A DNA stretch of 64,000 bases from Balanoglossus misakiensis (Eukaryota > Animalia > Hemichordata). The stretch spans positions 4,702,783 through 4,766,782 of the forward strand of contig CM082580.2 in NCBI GenBank assembly GCA_040954595.2, in the 5' to 3' direction. Position numbers and translations under genes: made by a program. Each line of letters begins with the position of its first letter. Position 1 is the first letter of the stretch. Below the pieces are notes generated by a model, which saw nothing but the letters and a program-made list of their open reading frames with translations, searched no databases and was not told the DNA's origin. Of this stretch, positions 12,550-24,865 are shown piece after piece.

Positions 12550-13319
12550 GACGTAACTGAAATATGTACAAGAATATGTACAATGTTTAACCATTTACAT
12601 GGTTTAACATAAAAAATGTCGCAAACTTCGGGAGGTTAAAAAAACGTGAAAATAAAAAGTCGCGTAAAATGTTTTTCGGAGATATAAACGATGAATTAGG
12701 GAATTACGAGAATGCGAAAACGAATAATCGCGTAACAGTTGCCTCTTTTGATATCGCGAAAATTTCATTTTCCCGGTTTACAACAGTACTGTATTTTCTA
12801 ACTCAGATTACCTTCTCCAAATAAAGTCTGCTTCCAGGACAACTTCACTCTCGATCGCCACGCACAACTGATGATCGTTTTTAATATTAGAACAACTGTT
12901 ACGATATATATGGGAATTGGAAATTTGAGGAATTTCAATCGCATTCAAGAATTGTAATTTTTATGATTAATTTTAATTGTATACCACGCACGCATAAAGT
13001 AATAATTTTAACGTTTACCTGTATGTTTAGTGTGTTCACACGAAAATGATATCCAGAAAACAGTATCCAGAGGCATCTAGTCGAATCCCAGCCGCTCGTC
13101 AAACGGATTTCTCTGTCGATGTCGAGTGGAGTTTGCACTGACTTTATAGTAACTCCTGCTGCTTTGTCTGATTGGCATTCTCCATATCTATCGGGTCATT
13201 TTGGGGGGCATGGCAAATTTGTAATTCGCTTTTAGTCATTGTCCCCGCAAATATAGGCCCTAAGAACTAGTTATCAGGAACGACCACAAAAACACACGGA
13301 GAAACTGCGACAATGACGA

Positions 13320-13457
13320 GTGTGATAAAATATTTACCGACCAGCGGAAAGGACAAAAAACAATTGAAAGATAGTGTACTTCATTATCTTGCAAGTGTTT
13401 TTATCATTTCCGCTGATAGGAAAATCTAGGTAAATCTAGGTAAATATTTTATTACAC
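13320..13457. mobile_element. Hairpin MITE remnant
   Basis: GTGTGATAAAATATTTACC...GGTAAATATTTTTATTACAC termini with internal inverted CAGCGGAAA/TTTCCGCTG. Confidence 0.55.
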
Positions 13458-13943
13458 ATAAGAAATAGATAAACATCAAATGGACGCTACTGTTTGCAAT
13501 CTTATGAAATTCTTCTAAATTTATATTGCTTATTAATATACCTTTATCAATTTATATTGGTTATTAATATAGCTTTATCAATACCAGTGAATTTTGTAAC
13601 GTCATCACTGTACACTTTTACTGATAATGTATCGTGTTACATACAATGAGCAAATGCAAGGCGCATATAGTTGTGCGCAGTCTTTGACTATGGTTCGTAG
13701 AGGGGCCGTTGCAACAGATTAAACGTAGTATAAACTAACCGATACCGTATCAACCCGATAACGTTTATACGGTTAGTAAAATTTACCGTTAACGTATCGA
13801 ATCGACCAATAACGTAGTAACGAAACGACAACATAGTATTTTTTCTAACCGATAACGTAATAAAAATTTACATGTATCTATCCGTCGATTCATCAATCGA
13901 TTGACCGATTGATCAATAGTTCGATATATAGATGATCTATGTA

Positions 13944-14008
13944 TCGATAGACAGACAGAGAGGCAGTCTGATACATAGATAGATAGACAGACAGACGGGC
14001 AGACAGAC
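13944..14008. repeat. (GATA/GACA)n microsatellite
   Basis: Degenerate tetranucleotide tandem repeat. Confidence 0.75.
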
Positions 14009-15288
14009 AAGTCAAAGTTTAAAATTCAAATCAATTGATAATGCATGACGTCGACCAAGTATCAATCAATAGACAAAGTTCTAATCAAGTGCTGTGTCAT
14101 TCGTGTTTTTTCACAATCAATTAGTTTCATGTACACCTTCCGAGTTACATGTACTTTGAGTAATACTGTTGTTGTTTTTGTATTACATAGACATGAAATA
14201 GCATTTCATCAATGTCGGAAATGCGGTACTTACTAATTAAGTATTCCGATTCTTTTGTGATGCAAAAACTTCCAGAACAGTAGAAGTAGCTCACCGCGAG
14301 GATTTAAAATATCTAATCGTTATCAACATCATCCCCGTCCGATTGGAGATCGAACTCAGTGTGAATTGTGTGATTTGTAAATTACAAAAAAGGAATCTGC
14401 GTGACACTTTTCTTAAAATAAGACTTTTCCAGTAAAATGACAAAAATTGCCAAAGAGAAAACAATATTGCTATATTTCTTGCAATGTTTTAAAACACAGC
14501 ATCCTGTAAAGCATATGCGACAATATCCACTGTCAATGTTGACATAAAAGCGCGGCCCTCATCTGTACATGACCAGGTTTTGTGTATTTGCGCACCGCAA
14601 ACGTTTGAGAAAATTTTATTTCATACATGTCGATTTTGTGGCATAAACGCGTCCTAATAATTAGTTTGCATACACCTATGATAGAATCGATTAATTCTTA
14701 AACAGGTTCATGCATACAGCTGATGCTCAAGGAGACCCTATTAAAATTGTTGAAATTTAGAACACTTTATTTTAGGCCTTACTAAGAGTCCAGCTGATTT
14801 CTACACAATGTGCTAGCTTTGAGGTCAGGAAAGAACGTTTTCGCTATGTATAAATCACACTGAAAAAGTTTGTTGTCTGTCAACTCTTCTGTCTTTGAGA
14901 CTTCGTCTCACCGATACGGCTCTATAAACCGGAACCCTGAGGCTTCTCTGCTCGTACACTACGATGATAAAATGCGCCCTCTTTTGGTGAACTCTTCCTT
15001 TTACCAAGTGAGAACCGACCTATGTTTACTTAATCCACTAAATCCGTGGATGGGGAACAGGTTAGCAGGTGCTTAATGGGAAATGCGATAGCCTGTATTC
15101 TGGATTAGCAACTGATAAGGCAGGAGGGGGTAACACAGAAAAATAACATGCGCAGAGACTGTTCAGCAAGTACTGTTTATTGGGGGAAAATGCAGGAACT
15201 CCGCCATTTATAACTTTCATGTTTGCAGCCCCTTATGCTCTGATCAGTATTGACAAGACTCATACTTATTTTTACAACAGGGACAAGC

Positions 15289-17181
15289 ATGAATAACCTT
15301 TACCACAACATTGCTCGCTACGTGGAGTCACATCAGCAATTCCAGCGACTATCCGATGAACATCAGGCGGTGGCCACCTGGTGTCAGTCGGAAATAGCAG
15401 ACGTCGTTGCGACACCACCACTGGCAGGTGATCCATTGCGGGTTCTTGGTGTTGGCAGTGGCTCAGGTATGATTGGATGTTCCCACAAAAGTTGACTGTC
15501 ACATTTTTAAAATATTAACGAAAAGACCGAACTATTGTTGTCCATGTCTATGGACGCTGCCAACAGTATAGTACAAAACAACTGGATGAGTTGTTACTGG
15601 AAACTGGGCATTTTACCAAAATGCTTACGCGAAAGCAAAAATGTATTGGTGTGTACATCATGTATGTAGCCTTGTGTTTTATTTTAAGAATAACACACCC
15701 AAGGTCGTGCAAACCTTATTTTATAGAAATCACACAGGGCTAGGAAATTGGCTGTTTTGACCAGAATGACAAAATCTGCCTCAAAGACACCGCTAGGATC
15801 CTGAAAATCTTTGCGCAAAGCAATCAAACAGTTGGGTTTATTTATTTCTGATCAGTTCTGTATCTCTTGCAGGAGAGAAGGACGTCCCCATTCTGACTGC
15901 ATTGCTGAAGAAACACTCCAGGATCTTCAACTGTGTGGTTGAACCAAGCCACGAACACATCGGAAAATACAAAGCATTGGCAAAACAATGCGGAGACCAG
16001 TTGGAAATGGTGGAGTTCGATTGGAGAGAAGAAACTATTGAGAAATATTCAGTAATAAATATTTATTTTTTTTATCATGGAAAAATTGTACCTCTTCACA
16101 GATCCGCACAATGTAATTGCCACAAAATGATCCAAAACTGTATTTTGAAGGAATGTTGAGGTGCATAACATTATAGTTAATATAGCCATGCGTACTGGTT
16201 TGCGTGTTCCCGGCGTTACATGGTGGTGGAGGCAGTGTATCATCGGGACTTGTATGCAGGACTAAAATACAAAAATACAGCAAAAAATTTCATATGGTAC
16301 GCAGAACAAAATGACTGAAAATAAAGCCAAAAGATACACCTAATGTCCCTTTAATATAATGCACTGTTTGTTGTTTGCAGCAGTCTTCAGCAACTACAAA
16401 TGCTCAGTTTGACCTCATCCACATAATTCACGCACTGTTCCATGTGGATGACCCTGAGGCGACCATAGTGAATTTGTACAGCACGCTTTTGAAGCCTGGT
16501 GGCACTTTGGTTATTGTGCACATCTCCAGTAAGTTTTGTAAAACTTTCGTCTGCTAAAAAAAGCGTTTTAGGATTTTGTTCTCTTTCATCTTGCAAATTC
16601 AGAGAAGGAATAGTTTTTTTTATGATCACAGTGGACTCGCATTTCTAAATGAGATGACAAATGAACGTATGTGACAATGCTTGTCATTCCATTGTTGAAC
16701 TGTACTGCAAACTTTTGAAAGTAATACTACCAGGCATCATAGTTGTATATATGCATGTACTTAATAACACACAAGCGAATAGGGCCTATATGAAACACTG
16801 ATGTTATACTTTCTTTACGCAGGTACTGGAGGATGGGAGAAAGTGTGGGACAAATTTGGCAAACACGTGCAGAAAAGCGGACGGTACAACTATATCACCA
16901 TGGAAGAAATCGAGCAAATCTTGGACAAACACGACATCAAACACGAGAGCAGGCAGCTGCCGTCGTATTTCGACATCACCGACTGTTTCCATGGAAACTC
17001 AGAGGAGGGCGAACTGGTGCTGGATTTCCTCACACAAGTGGATCATTTTGCCGCCTCGGCACCGGACGACCTGAAGCAAGAGTTGCTCGATTACCTGAAA
17101 ACTGAAGAGTGTTCCTACACGCAAGACAACCGCACCATGTTCAAAAGTGACATGCAGGTTTATATCATCAAGAAGGAATGA
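15289..17181 (+). CDS. HNMT: Histamine N-methyltransferase-like SAM-dependent methyltransferase
   Basis: Exons 15289-15466, 15873-16051, 16381-16528, 16823-17181 are in frame: MNNLYHNIARYVESHQQFQRLSDEHQ...LRVLGVGSGSGEKD (motif I)...NCVVEPS...FDWREET...FDLIHIIHALFHVDD...LLKPGGTLVI...GWEKVW...FDITDCF...EEGELVLDFLTQ. This aligns along its length with vertebrate HNMT (YVESF, VEPS, DISDCF, LLWDFLTE). The start codon is less certain. Confidence 0.9.
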
Positions 17182-18476
17182 CGAACGATCAACACTCTTG
17201 TCTTGCATGACTATCACATTGTCCTTAACACTGCGTTTTGCCATAGGCCCTTGAAGTCCTATTATTTTACATTGTTAACTCACTACTTTCAGGCAAAATT
17301 AGTGTCGCTTATTTTGTTGTTTACCATGTGTACCAAATTTCAAAAGCAGCCGGGCAAGCGGTTTCAGAGATAATTTTTTAAAAACCAAAATACAAATTTC
17401 GTCATAATTTGAACAAATTTTACTTGGGTAACCCCTATGAACATGCATGCCAAATTTCAAAGCGATGGGACCAGTGATTTGAAAGATTTTATGACCAAAA
17501 AATGGGGAAAATTGCCCAAAAGTACAAATTTTAGGTCATCTCAATATTCACCCTCCCCTCCAAACTTGAAGCAATAGCCTCAAGTTTGGGTAAATATCAG
17601 AAAGAACAATGGTATTTTAATTGTCCTACCAGATTACTCTCAAAATAACAATGAGAAAACAGTTGCGGTATTTCTCGATAATAACTTTTATTTTACTTGT
17701 TAAGATGTACATATAAAGGGTGTACTGTATGTACACAGTGGGAAGATTGAAAGAAACAGAAAATTGTGATGTTTTGGTTAAAGCGAAATCTAAGAAAAGT
17801 TAGAGACTTTCAATTTAGGGTGTTGCAGGTGACCAGTCAACACAACTCTACATAATGAGGGCTGTATAACAGAGTGAAAGCTACTTATGAACCCATTGAG
17901 ATGCTGTTCCGTTTCCGAAATAAAAACAAAATAATAACAGACGTAATCTGGCATATACATTGTACAGGAAAATAGAAGTAAAAAAGGTAAGCTCACAGCT
18001 TATAGGTAGCACATATAAATGAAGTTCACAACTCAAAAAAGGATGGACAGTTGAAAATGATGAATGTGTGGCTGAGGGAAACAAAGTATGTAAAGGTCTC
18101 ACTCATATCGCTCACAAATTCTCCCGGCCTTAAATAGGTTTTTGGCTACCTAGGTGGGTGATAAAAATCTCACATGTGATTTGACCCCCTAGCGCAAAGT
18201 GAAAACCTATTTAAGGCAGCCAGAATTGGCAAATCATTGCAACCAGGAAAAGACTTTCCTAAAACATGTTCTCGATGCATAAATTGAGCCAAGTTAATTA
18301 TCCTGCAGTCATTACCCAGAGGGAGTCCTTTGAGAGTTTATTGTGGACTTTGAATGGACTGATTTCAGCAATGGTCAGGATAGACAAGATACAGGTTAAA
18401 TTTGATATCAACTTTAGTCATCAGATTGTGAGTGAAAGAGGAGAGATATATAAATGCATATGAAATTAATTGTTAA

Positions 18477-18561
18477 CCCTTTCACCAACATGGTTTGATC
18501 CATATCCATTGTTTCCTATGGTAAAGTTGGACCTCTATAGAGGGAACTGGGGGTGAAAGGG
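18477..18561. mobile_element. 85-bp piggyBac-like MITE
   Basis: TTAA|CCCTTTCACC...GGTGAAAGGG|TTAA. Further copies at ~7832, 18738, 20160-20245, 27585, 29072, 29648, 50931-51008, 54708 and 59798. Confidence 0.8.
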
Positions 18562-18899
18562 TTAAAAGAAATTCTATCAATCTTGCACTTATACACATGT
18601 ACTGCACACACATTACCGATACGCAACGCTCTGCTAAAACTGCTCAATTTATATATTTACAGTTTGATCAAAAGACAAAAACCAGTATTCTTCATGTGCC
18701 TACAAAGCGTTTCTGCCGCATCTGGAAATAGTTTCCACCCTTTCCCCCATCGCACATGGATTCACCCATTGTTTCCAATGCCTGTGGTGGGACTCCTGAT
18801 AAACGACAGTAGGGGTGAAAGGGTTATCATGTTGGCTTTCATGTCAATACAACAAGCAGGTTTTCACAGAATGATAAGTATCACTACCCACCATATTAA

Positions 18900-19502
18900 A
18901 GCCACAGTATTTCTCGTAGGGGCAAAATTTTGTTTGAAACGGCATCTATAATTTCTAAAAGTAGATGATAATTGATACTGAATCGAACAGTCATCATCCC
19001 CAGCTCTGCTGATAAACTCATACAATTTACAATATAACGAGTGAAGAATGACTTTCTGTCCGGACAGAAAGTCACGTGAGTCAGGCTAATGTTGACACAC
19101 GTGACTAGTGCGCATGCGCACTCAAATGTGAATCTATGTGGAAGAGGTTTGGTCGCCCCAAATCAAGCGACTCAGCGAAGAAATGCGCACTAATTCGGCG
19201 AAATTTTGGGAAGATAACTTTATGGGAGAAATCAGTCGATGGAACCAGATCAAATCCGAAAATGGTCTGACCATCAAAATGTCAAAGTGGCACGTTTGCT
19301 GATCGACATGTACAACATTTCCGTTGTAAACAAACCCGCGCATCATTTCAAGTGTTACGGGCGATATTTTCGGCTTGCATGTAGCTACAATTGCCCAAAC
19401 CTTTCTTACATCTTCATTATATAGTATTCCATGATGGATGTACTGGAAAAACGGGCTTTTTTCGATGATGAAAAATGGATGCACACGAGAAATACTGGGG
19501 CT
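18900..19502. mobile_element. ~600-bp Kolobok-like non-autonomous DNA transposon
   Basis: TTAA|AGCCACAGTATTTCTCGT...ACGAGAAATACTGGGGCT|TTAA (17/18 TIR match, TTAA TSD); CpG-rich interior. Confidence 0.8.
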
Positions 19503-20159
19503 TTAACAAAATTACACTAAGAAATGTTGTCATTGGCCATTATCTTGATCCATCTTCATTTGTGAATGGACCATATTGAACAGACTTTATCTACGGGCAG
19601 CCTTTTTGTCCGTTTCTATATTATTTTCATTTCAAGATAAACAGTAAATTGTGTTTTACTTGTGATTCTATTCTAAAAGCCTCATTCGATAACATCTGCA
19701 TGTGAAGTAAAAATAGATTATACAGGACATACTCGTACCAAAAAAATTACATTGGAGAAACCAAACTTACATTTGTATATGTCATGATTGAAATCAATAT
19801 CAATTTTCTATCTTAATACATAAATTTTCCTGCAAACTTCTCATGTCTTTATACATGAAGTGGCACACTGAAGATTCCCAGACCAATTCGATAGCCTGGC
19901 CTTATTCACCCCCACCCCCAACCTAGCCTCATTCATCCCTACCCCCACCCCCACCCAAATTTCCTCAACCATATCAACACCAGGACAGGAGTTGCATTTT
20001 TAGCATACATTTCCAACCAGAACACATACTGGGGACAGTGTACAAACTCCGCTGTCCAGACCTCGCCACAAACATATCACATCACTGGTTGAAATAAAAA
20101 GCATACATATTCCTCACTAGTTTCAGCAACACCAGGGAATTGTCTTCTTCGTGTTTTAA

Positions 20160-20245
20160 CCCTTTCACCACTATGGTCCAGTCCAAATCCATTGTTTTCT
20201 ATGGCAAGGCTGGACCATTAAAGAGGGAACTGGGGGGTGAAAGGG
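20160..20245. mobile_element. piggyBac-like MITE copy in the VPS26 3' UTR
   Basis: TTAA|CCCTTTCACC...GGTGAAAGGG|TTAA. Confidence 0.8.
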
Positions 20246-20348
20246 TTAAGAGTCTTGCATCCAACTCCATTTCCACTCAAACTCTTTGGTCTGACATAGA
20301 TAAAACTATTTTTTACTGTACACTTATAAAATCGGCTGATGTTTCACT

Positions 20349-23300
20349 TTAACTTTCAGCTGACTGGCTGCTTGTGAAGGAGACAAAGCCTGGCTTCTTG
20401 GCACCTTTGTCCGGTTTACGCCACAAAGTAATTTCCTGAAATACGAGAATAGAAACATGGAATATTAACACAATTTAAAGCTGCCACATCTTGCATTATT
20501 TTCATGATTTTATTTTCCAACTAAAACTAGGCCATCTAAATAAGCTTACTGATAGGTATACATGAACACCTTATCGATGCCCGATTGTGACTGCATGTTG
20601 CAATTAGAACACGCTGTGTATTAAAACGGTGCCACACCGATTTAATCAGCCTCCATACAAAATAGGGAATATATTTGAAGTATTTTACCATGGAAAAAAA
20701 TGTGAAATTTGGCAGCTATAGGGGCTTTAAGATGGCATAGTTTAATTTGATGCTTGTGAGTTTCAACTGATGCAACACTGCTCTTTGTGGCAAAACTCGT
20801 GAAGTCTTTTTTTCAAACATTAGTCCTGACATACAAGTTGACTATAATTTGACTGCAAGTAGTTCACACATTGATGACTTGAAATAATATAAAATACTAA
20901 GTGTTAGATAATAACACATGTTAGCGAGGGCAATATCATGATTTGAAGCCTGCACGAGGGATGGTGATCTCTGACCATAATATTGGTGATGCCCAAGCCA
21001 AAGGTCAGAGAGCATCAGCTGAGGTGAAATAATTTTTTAGGTTTTTTTTTCATCTCAATTCCTCTTAACCATCTATTGATTTCAGAAACATCTATAAATA
21101 TATTGAAAATTGACGACAAACCTGTTGTTTGAAATATCTTCGTTCTTCTTCATCAACTAACACTAAATTCAGATAGTACCGTACTGAGAATTTCTTGTTG
21201 ATGTCTCGCATTGTTGGCGTAAGATCGTATCCGGCCAGGAACAAACGGATAGGGATGGATTCACCTGCAGGGAAAGAGTATCACCCCATCAGACGGAAGT
21301 AAAGAAAAAGTCATTGTTGAAAATAAGGCTTCAGAATGTGGTATCACTCCGCTACTCTTTTCTATGGTTACACTACAACTGGCACACATGACCAGTGCTC
21401 ATTCATTTATTTCATCAACATTTCTAACAAGAAAGATAATGTCTTAAAAATAAGCAAATTTGATTCAAAAAGGCAACTACATTTTTTTTTAAAAGTTATG
21501 CGTGACTCTTACCCCTGACTGGAGCACCGTCCATAATTTCATATTTTGCAATAGTTTCATTTTCATTGAATGTGTTAGGACCTGTAATAAGGATAAAATC
21601 GATGCGTGTCGTTTCAGTCCATTTTCATCATTTCAAGCATTACTATTCAACGCCCATCCACTGCCGTAACCTATGGCATTCTATCCTACAATACGTAGCC
21701 GTATTTGTATGGTCTGTGGAGGCTGTATTACTTCAGTACAGATAGGAAAGAGAGATGTTTTAACTGCACTGCACATATTCTACAGGTGCCCACTTTCATG
21801 TTGCTACTTCCCTCCAAATAATACAAGCGCCAGCACACATTGCCAAACAGAAAAACGTAATGCGACTGGGGCACCTTGAAAATATCCCCAAATAACCTGA
21901 TTTTAGCACATGCTATTTTCTGTTGTTCAACACGAAAGACAAACATTATTTCAAAATACATGTTCCTTTGTGACTAGCAGAATGCTGAGACCCACCTGAT
22001 CCTGTGGTTTCTCTTTTGATGATGGCTAATTCCATGTGTTTGATCTTGATACGCACTAACAAGAAATAGATCTTGCCAACAATGACATCTTTGAGGTGAT
22101 ACCTGGAGAAAGAAAGATGTACACATTACATATGGTTTCCACTTTTTACATTACCTTGTCACAACTCTGAGATAAAATCCACTATAAAGAAAACATAAAC
22201 ATCACAGGAATATAGACATAACCAGGTACAATGTCATTCACATCTTGTAAAATAACAATTTTCAATAGTAAACTTATTTGACCAGGCCCAGTTTCCTGTT
22301 TTTTATTTTTATTACATTACAAACAGCCTTCATTAATTATACTAAATGTAGATGGAACCAAATATGTGTCAAACTAGTGATATTATTTGATCAATCAAAT
22401 CACTACCCAAAAGTAGTTTCTTGACAACAGCTGAACACTGTCTCCAATACTGGAACGCAAAGATCTTCAAACTTTCTAATACAGCACTACACTGATCTAC
22501 TCAACTTCAGCCTCCTAAAGGCTGATGGATACTTACTTGGATTTGTTATATTCAAATTCTATATGCAGGCAATCTTCAATGCCCACTTCCATTTTGATGC
22601 TGTTGTTCATTTCTGGGTACTGTGACAGAGTGTGTACTATGATGTCCATCTCGCGCGTGACGTCTGTTAATCTCTTTGCTATCGTCACTCGAAGGAAATA
22701 TCTGCAGGTAGAACAGACAGCATGCTTGTGGATCAGTCGTGGCACTGCACCGTTTAGAACAATCAACACAAGCTAATATAACAGTACATTTCCTATCATC
22801 TGACACTGAGATAGTACAGGTCCTAATTACCCATGACCTAATAAAGGCACTCTTCCATCAATTCCCACACTCATGATCATCTATATGTAGATATCATAAA
22901 TCTAAAATCAAATTAATCAATATTTGCACTGGTGTAACAATTTGTAATCAAGGTGTTCATCTTCGAAAACATTTACACATATTCATGAAGGTACATGCAT
23001 CTATTAGCATTATTTTTCATACTGTCAAAATTACATCAGCCGAGGAAGAACTACTCAACATCTTACCTTAACCTAACATTGGCCCCTGTGTAGGATTCAT
23101 AAGGTTTTTCCACTTGGATAAATTCAAAATCAAACGTATTACTCTGCAGCAGTTCACCAGGTCTGGCTAACTCTTTGACTAAAGATGTGAACTCGTGGTG
23201 GTTTCCTCTGTCATAGTACAACTCTACAGAATGGAATATAGAGATTTTCTATGAATGCAGAAGTGGTTTTAGCCACTATCCATGTATTTGGATTCATTTT

Positions 23301-24764
23301 GTGAAGCTGGGAGAAGTACACAAGTTGGATTCATTCTGGCAGTCACTAACCAAATGTTACACTCTGCACATGAAACAAAGCTGTTCTGTAATACCATGGG
23401 AAAAGTAAGACTGGAATTCTGAGTAAATAGCACTTGAAATTTTTATAGTAAGGTGTAGTGCTAGCTTACAAATGGATGGCAGGTATGTTCCTGAAGTCAA
23501 GGGGATACTCACCTATTTGGCCTATGAACTCTATTTTTATTCCTTGATGTTCTAATTTTTTACCTTTTAGAGTAATATTGACCTGCAAAAGAAAATAAGA
23601 GAATGAATGGTCTACATATACCTATACATACTAATATGTTAAAATACATTTGGGCACTGTTGGTGTGTTTGTGTGCATGTGTGTCGTGTATGTCTGCACA
23701 ATTTGTCTGACTACTCAGACATCAAAACGTAATCACTTCCAGAATAAAGCATTTGAGGATTAACAGTGCAAAAAGGTACAACACAATGACAATGCCATTA
23801 GCTGTGGAAGCTTGGAGATATTAGGAAAACACGACTGTTGAAATCATCTCAAGTTAACTCAAACTTAGGAGAGGGATCTACACACCTTTCCAGATACCGT
23901 TTCTCCATCATAGTAGAGATACAATTTTTCCTTCTTGCCATCTTCAGTTTTGATTTCTGCCTGCTTCCTACTAGCTTGGCCATCTAGGACTATGTCGATG
24001 TCTGCATTTGATCCAAAGAGGAAACTCTGTGGGGGAAATATATATATATATGTAAATATTGATTGGACCAATCAAGTGAGGGACCATGGACCAACGTAAT
24101 GTAGTTATTAAGTCCCTGATAACGGTCCAACATCAGTTCTGCAATGAAAACTGAGACTCATATATTTTGACGGGTTAATGGTTATTATGTTTTTGATGAC
24201 AGGACACTACATCATATTAAACTGTTCATAAAACGATACACACTAAATACTGTTCATAAGATATATGCAGGTATATATATGCAGGTCGCTATAAAAGGCT
24301 GGGTGTACACTCAATACCACATTGGCCACGAGTGAATAAAAGACACTCGCTTTGATGAGTGTCACGGTCACCCCGCCTGGCAAGGTGACCAGTGTAATAC
24401 ACGTTGCACTTGTGGTTTCTGGTAACATGTCGCGTTGATCCATACAACTAGTAACCCTCATGCATCACATGAAAACAATTTCTCAATGAAAGCTTATATG
24501 GTGCGAACGTTCAAACTTAATATTCCCCCACAGGGTAGGGGGCAAATCCGGTCTGAGGACATGGACCCGTCAGCGACAATGCATAGGCATGGGGGCGTTT
24601 TACGGTTTCCGTGGGTCATTCCAACAATTTATCAGGGATAGTCTTGACAAACACGGGACAGAATGAATAACTGCGCTACTGGAAGAAGGTCTACATTTAT
24701 TTATTCATAGGCTACCAGCTAGGTAGTTGTTCAGAAATGATAAAAATGACGGAAAACTCACCAT
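20349..24764 (-). CDS. VPS26: Vacuolar protein sorting-associated protein 26 (retromer subunit, VPS26A/B co-ortholog)
   Basis: Exons 24764-24762 (ATG only), 24026-23886, 23582-23513, 23223-23067, 22701-22537, 22102-21996, 21581-21513, 21264-21122, 20435-20349. Conserved motifs include [102 protein letters not shown] and YYLNLVLVDEEERRYFKQQEITLWRK. Confidence 0.97.
20479..20726. mobile_element. TTAA-flanked Kolobok-like MITE in the last VPS26 intron
   Basis: TTAA|AGCTGCCACA...TGGCAGCTATAGGGGCT|TTAA with subterminal inverted TTTTCATG/CATGGAAAA. Confidence 0.5.
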
Positions 24765-24797
24765 TTTGGGTCACTGATTGATCTCGTGACAATTTCC

Positions 24798-24865
24798 AAT
24801 ATGGCCGACTGCGCATGTGCAGTAGTATGTTTAATCGCTCTTCTCTGACTGCAGGTGGCGCTATA
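24798..24865. promoter_or_regulatory. VPS26 proximal promoter motifs (YY1-like AATATGGCCG, NRF1-like TGCGCATGTGCA, CTCF-like CTGCAGGTGGCGCT)
   Basis: The motifs lie 35-100 bp upstream of the VPS26 ATG in a locally CpG-rich patch. Confidence 0.45.

Noticed and set aside
12550-12594. N-terminal extension of the GPCR ORF (MVKHCTYSCTYFSYV)
   Set aside because: It runs through a splice acceptor (TTTCAG) and is probably intronic; the ATG at 12549 gives a typical glycosylated N-terminus.
11522-12612. Long overlapping or antisense ORFs (127, 213, 166 aa) over the GPCR
   Set aside because: Shadow ORFs expected from GC3-rich coding sequence; no recognisable protein.
14972-15007. Putative first coding exon of HNMT (MRPLLVNSSFYQ|GTGAGA)
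   Set aside because: It is phase 0, whereas the exon at 15281 needs phase 1, so splicing would hit a stop. At most it is a 5' UTR exon or uORF.
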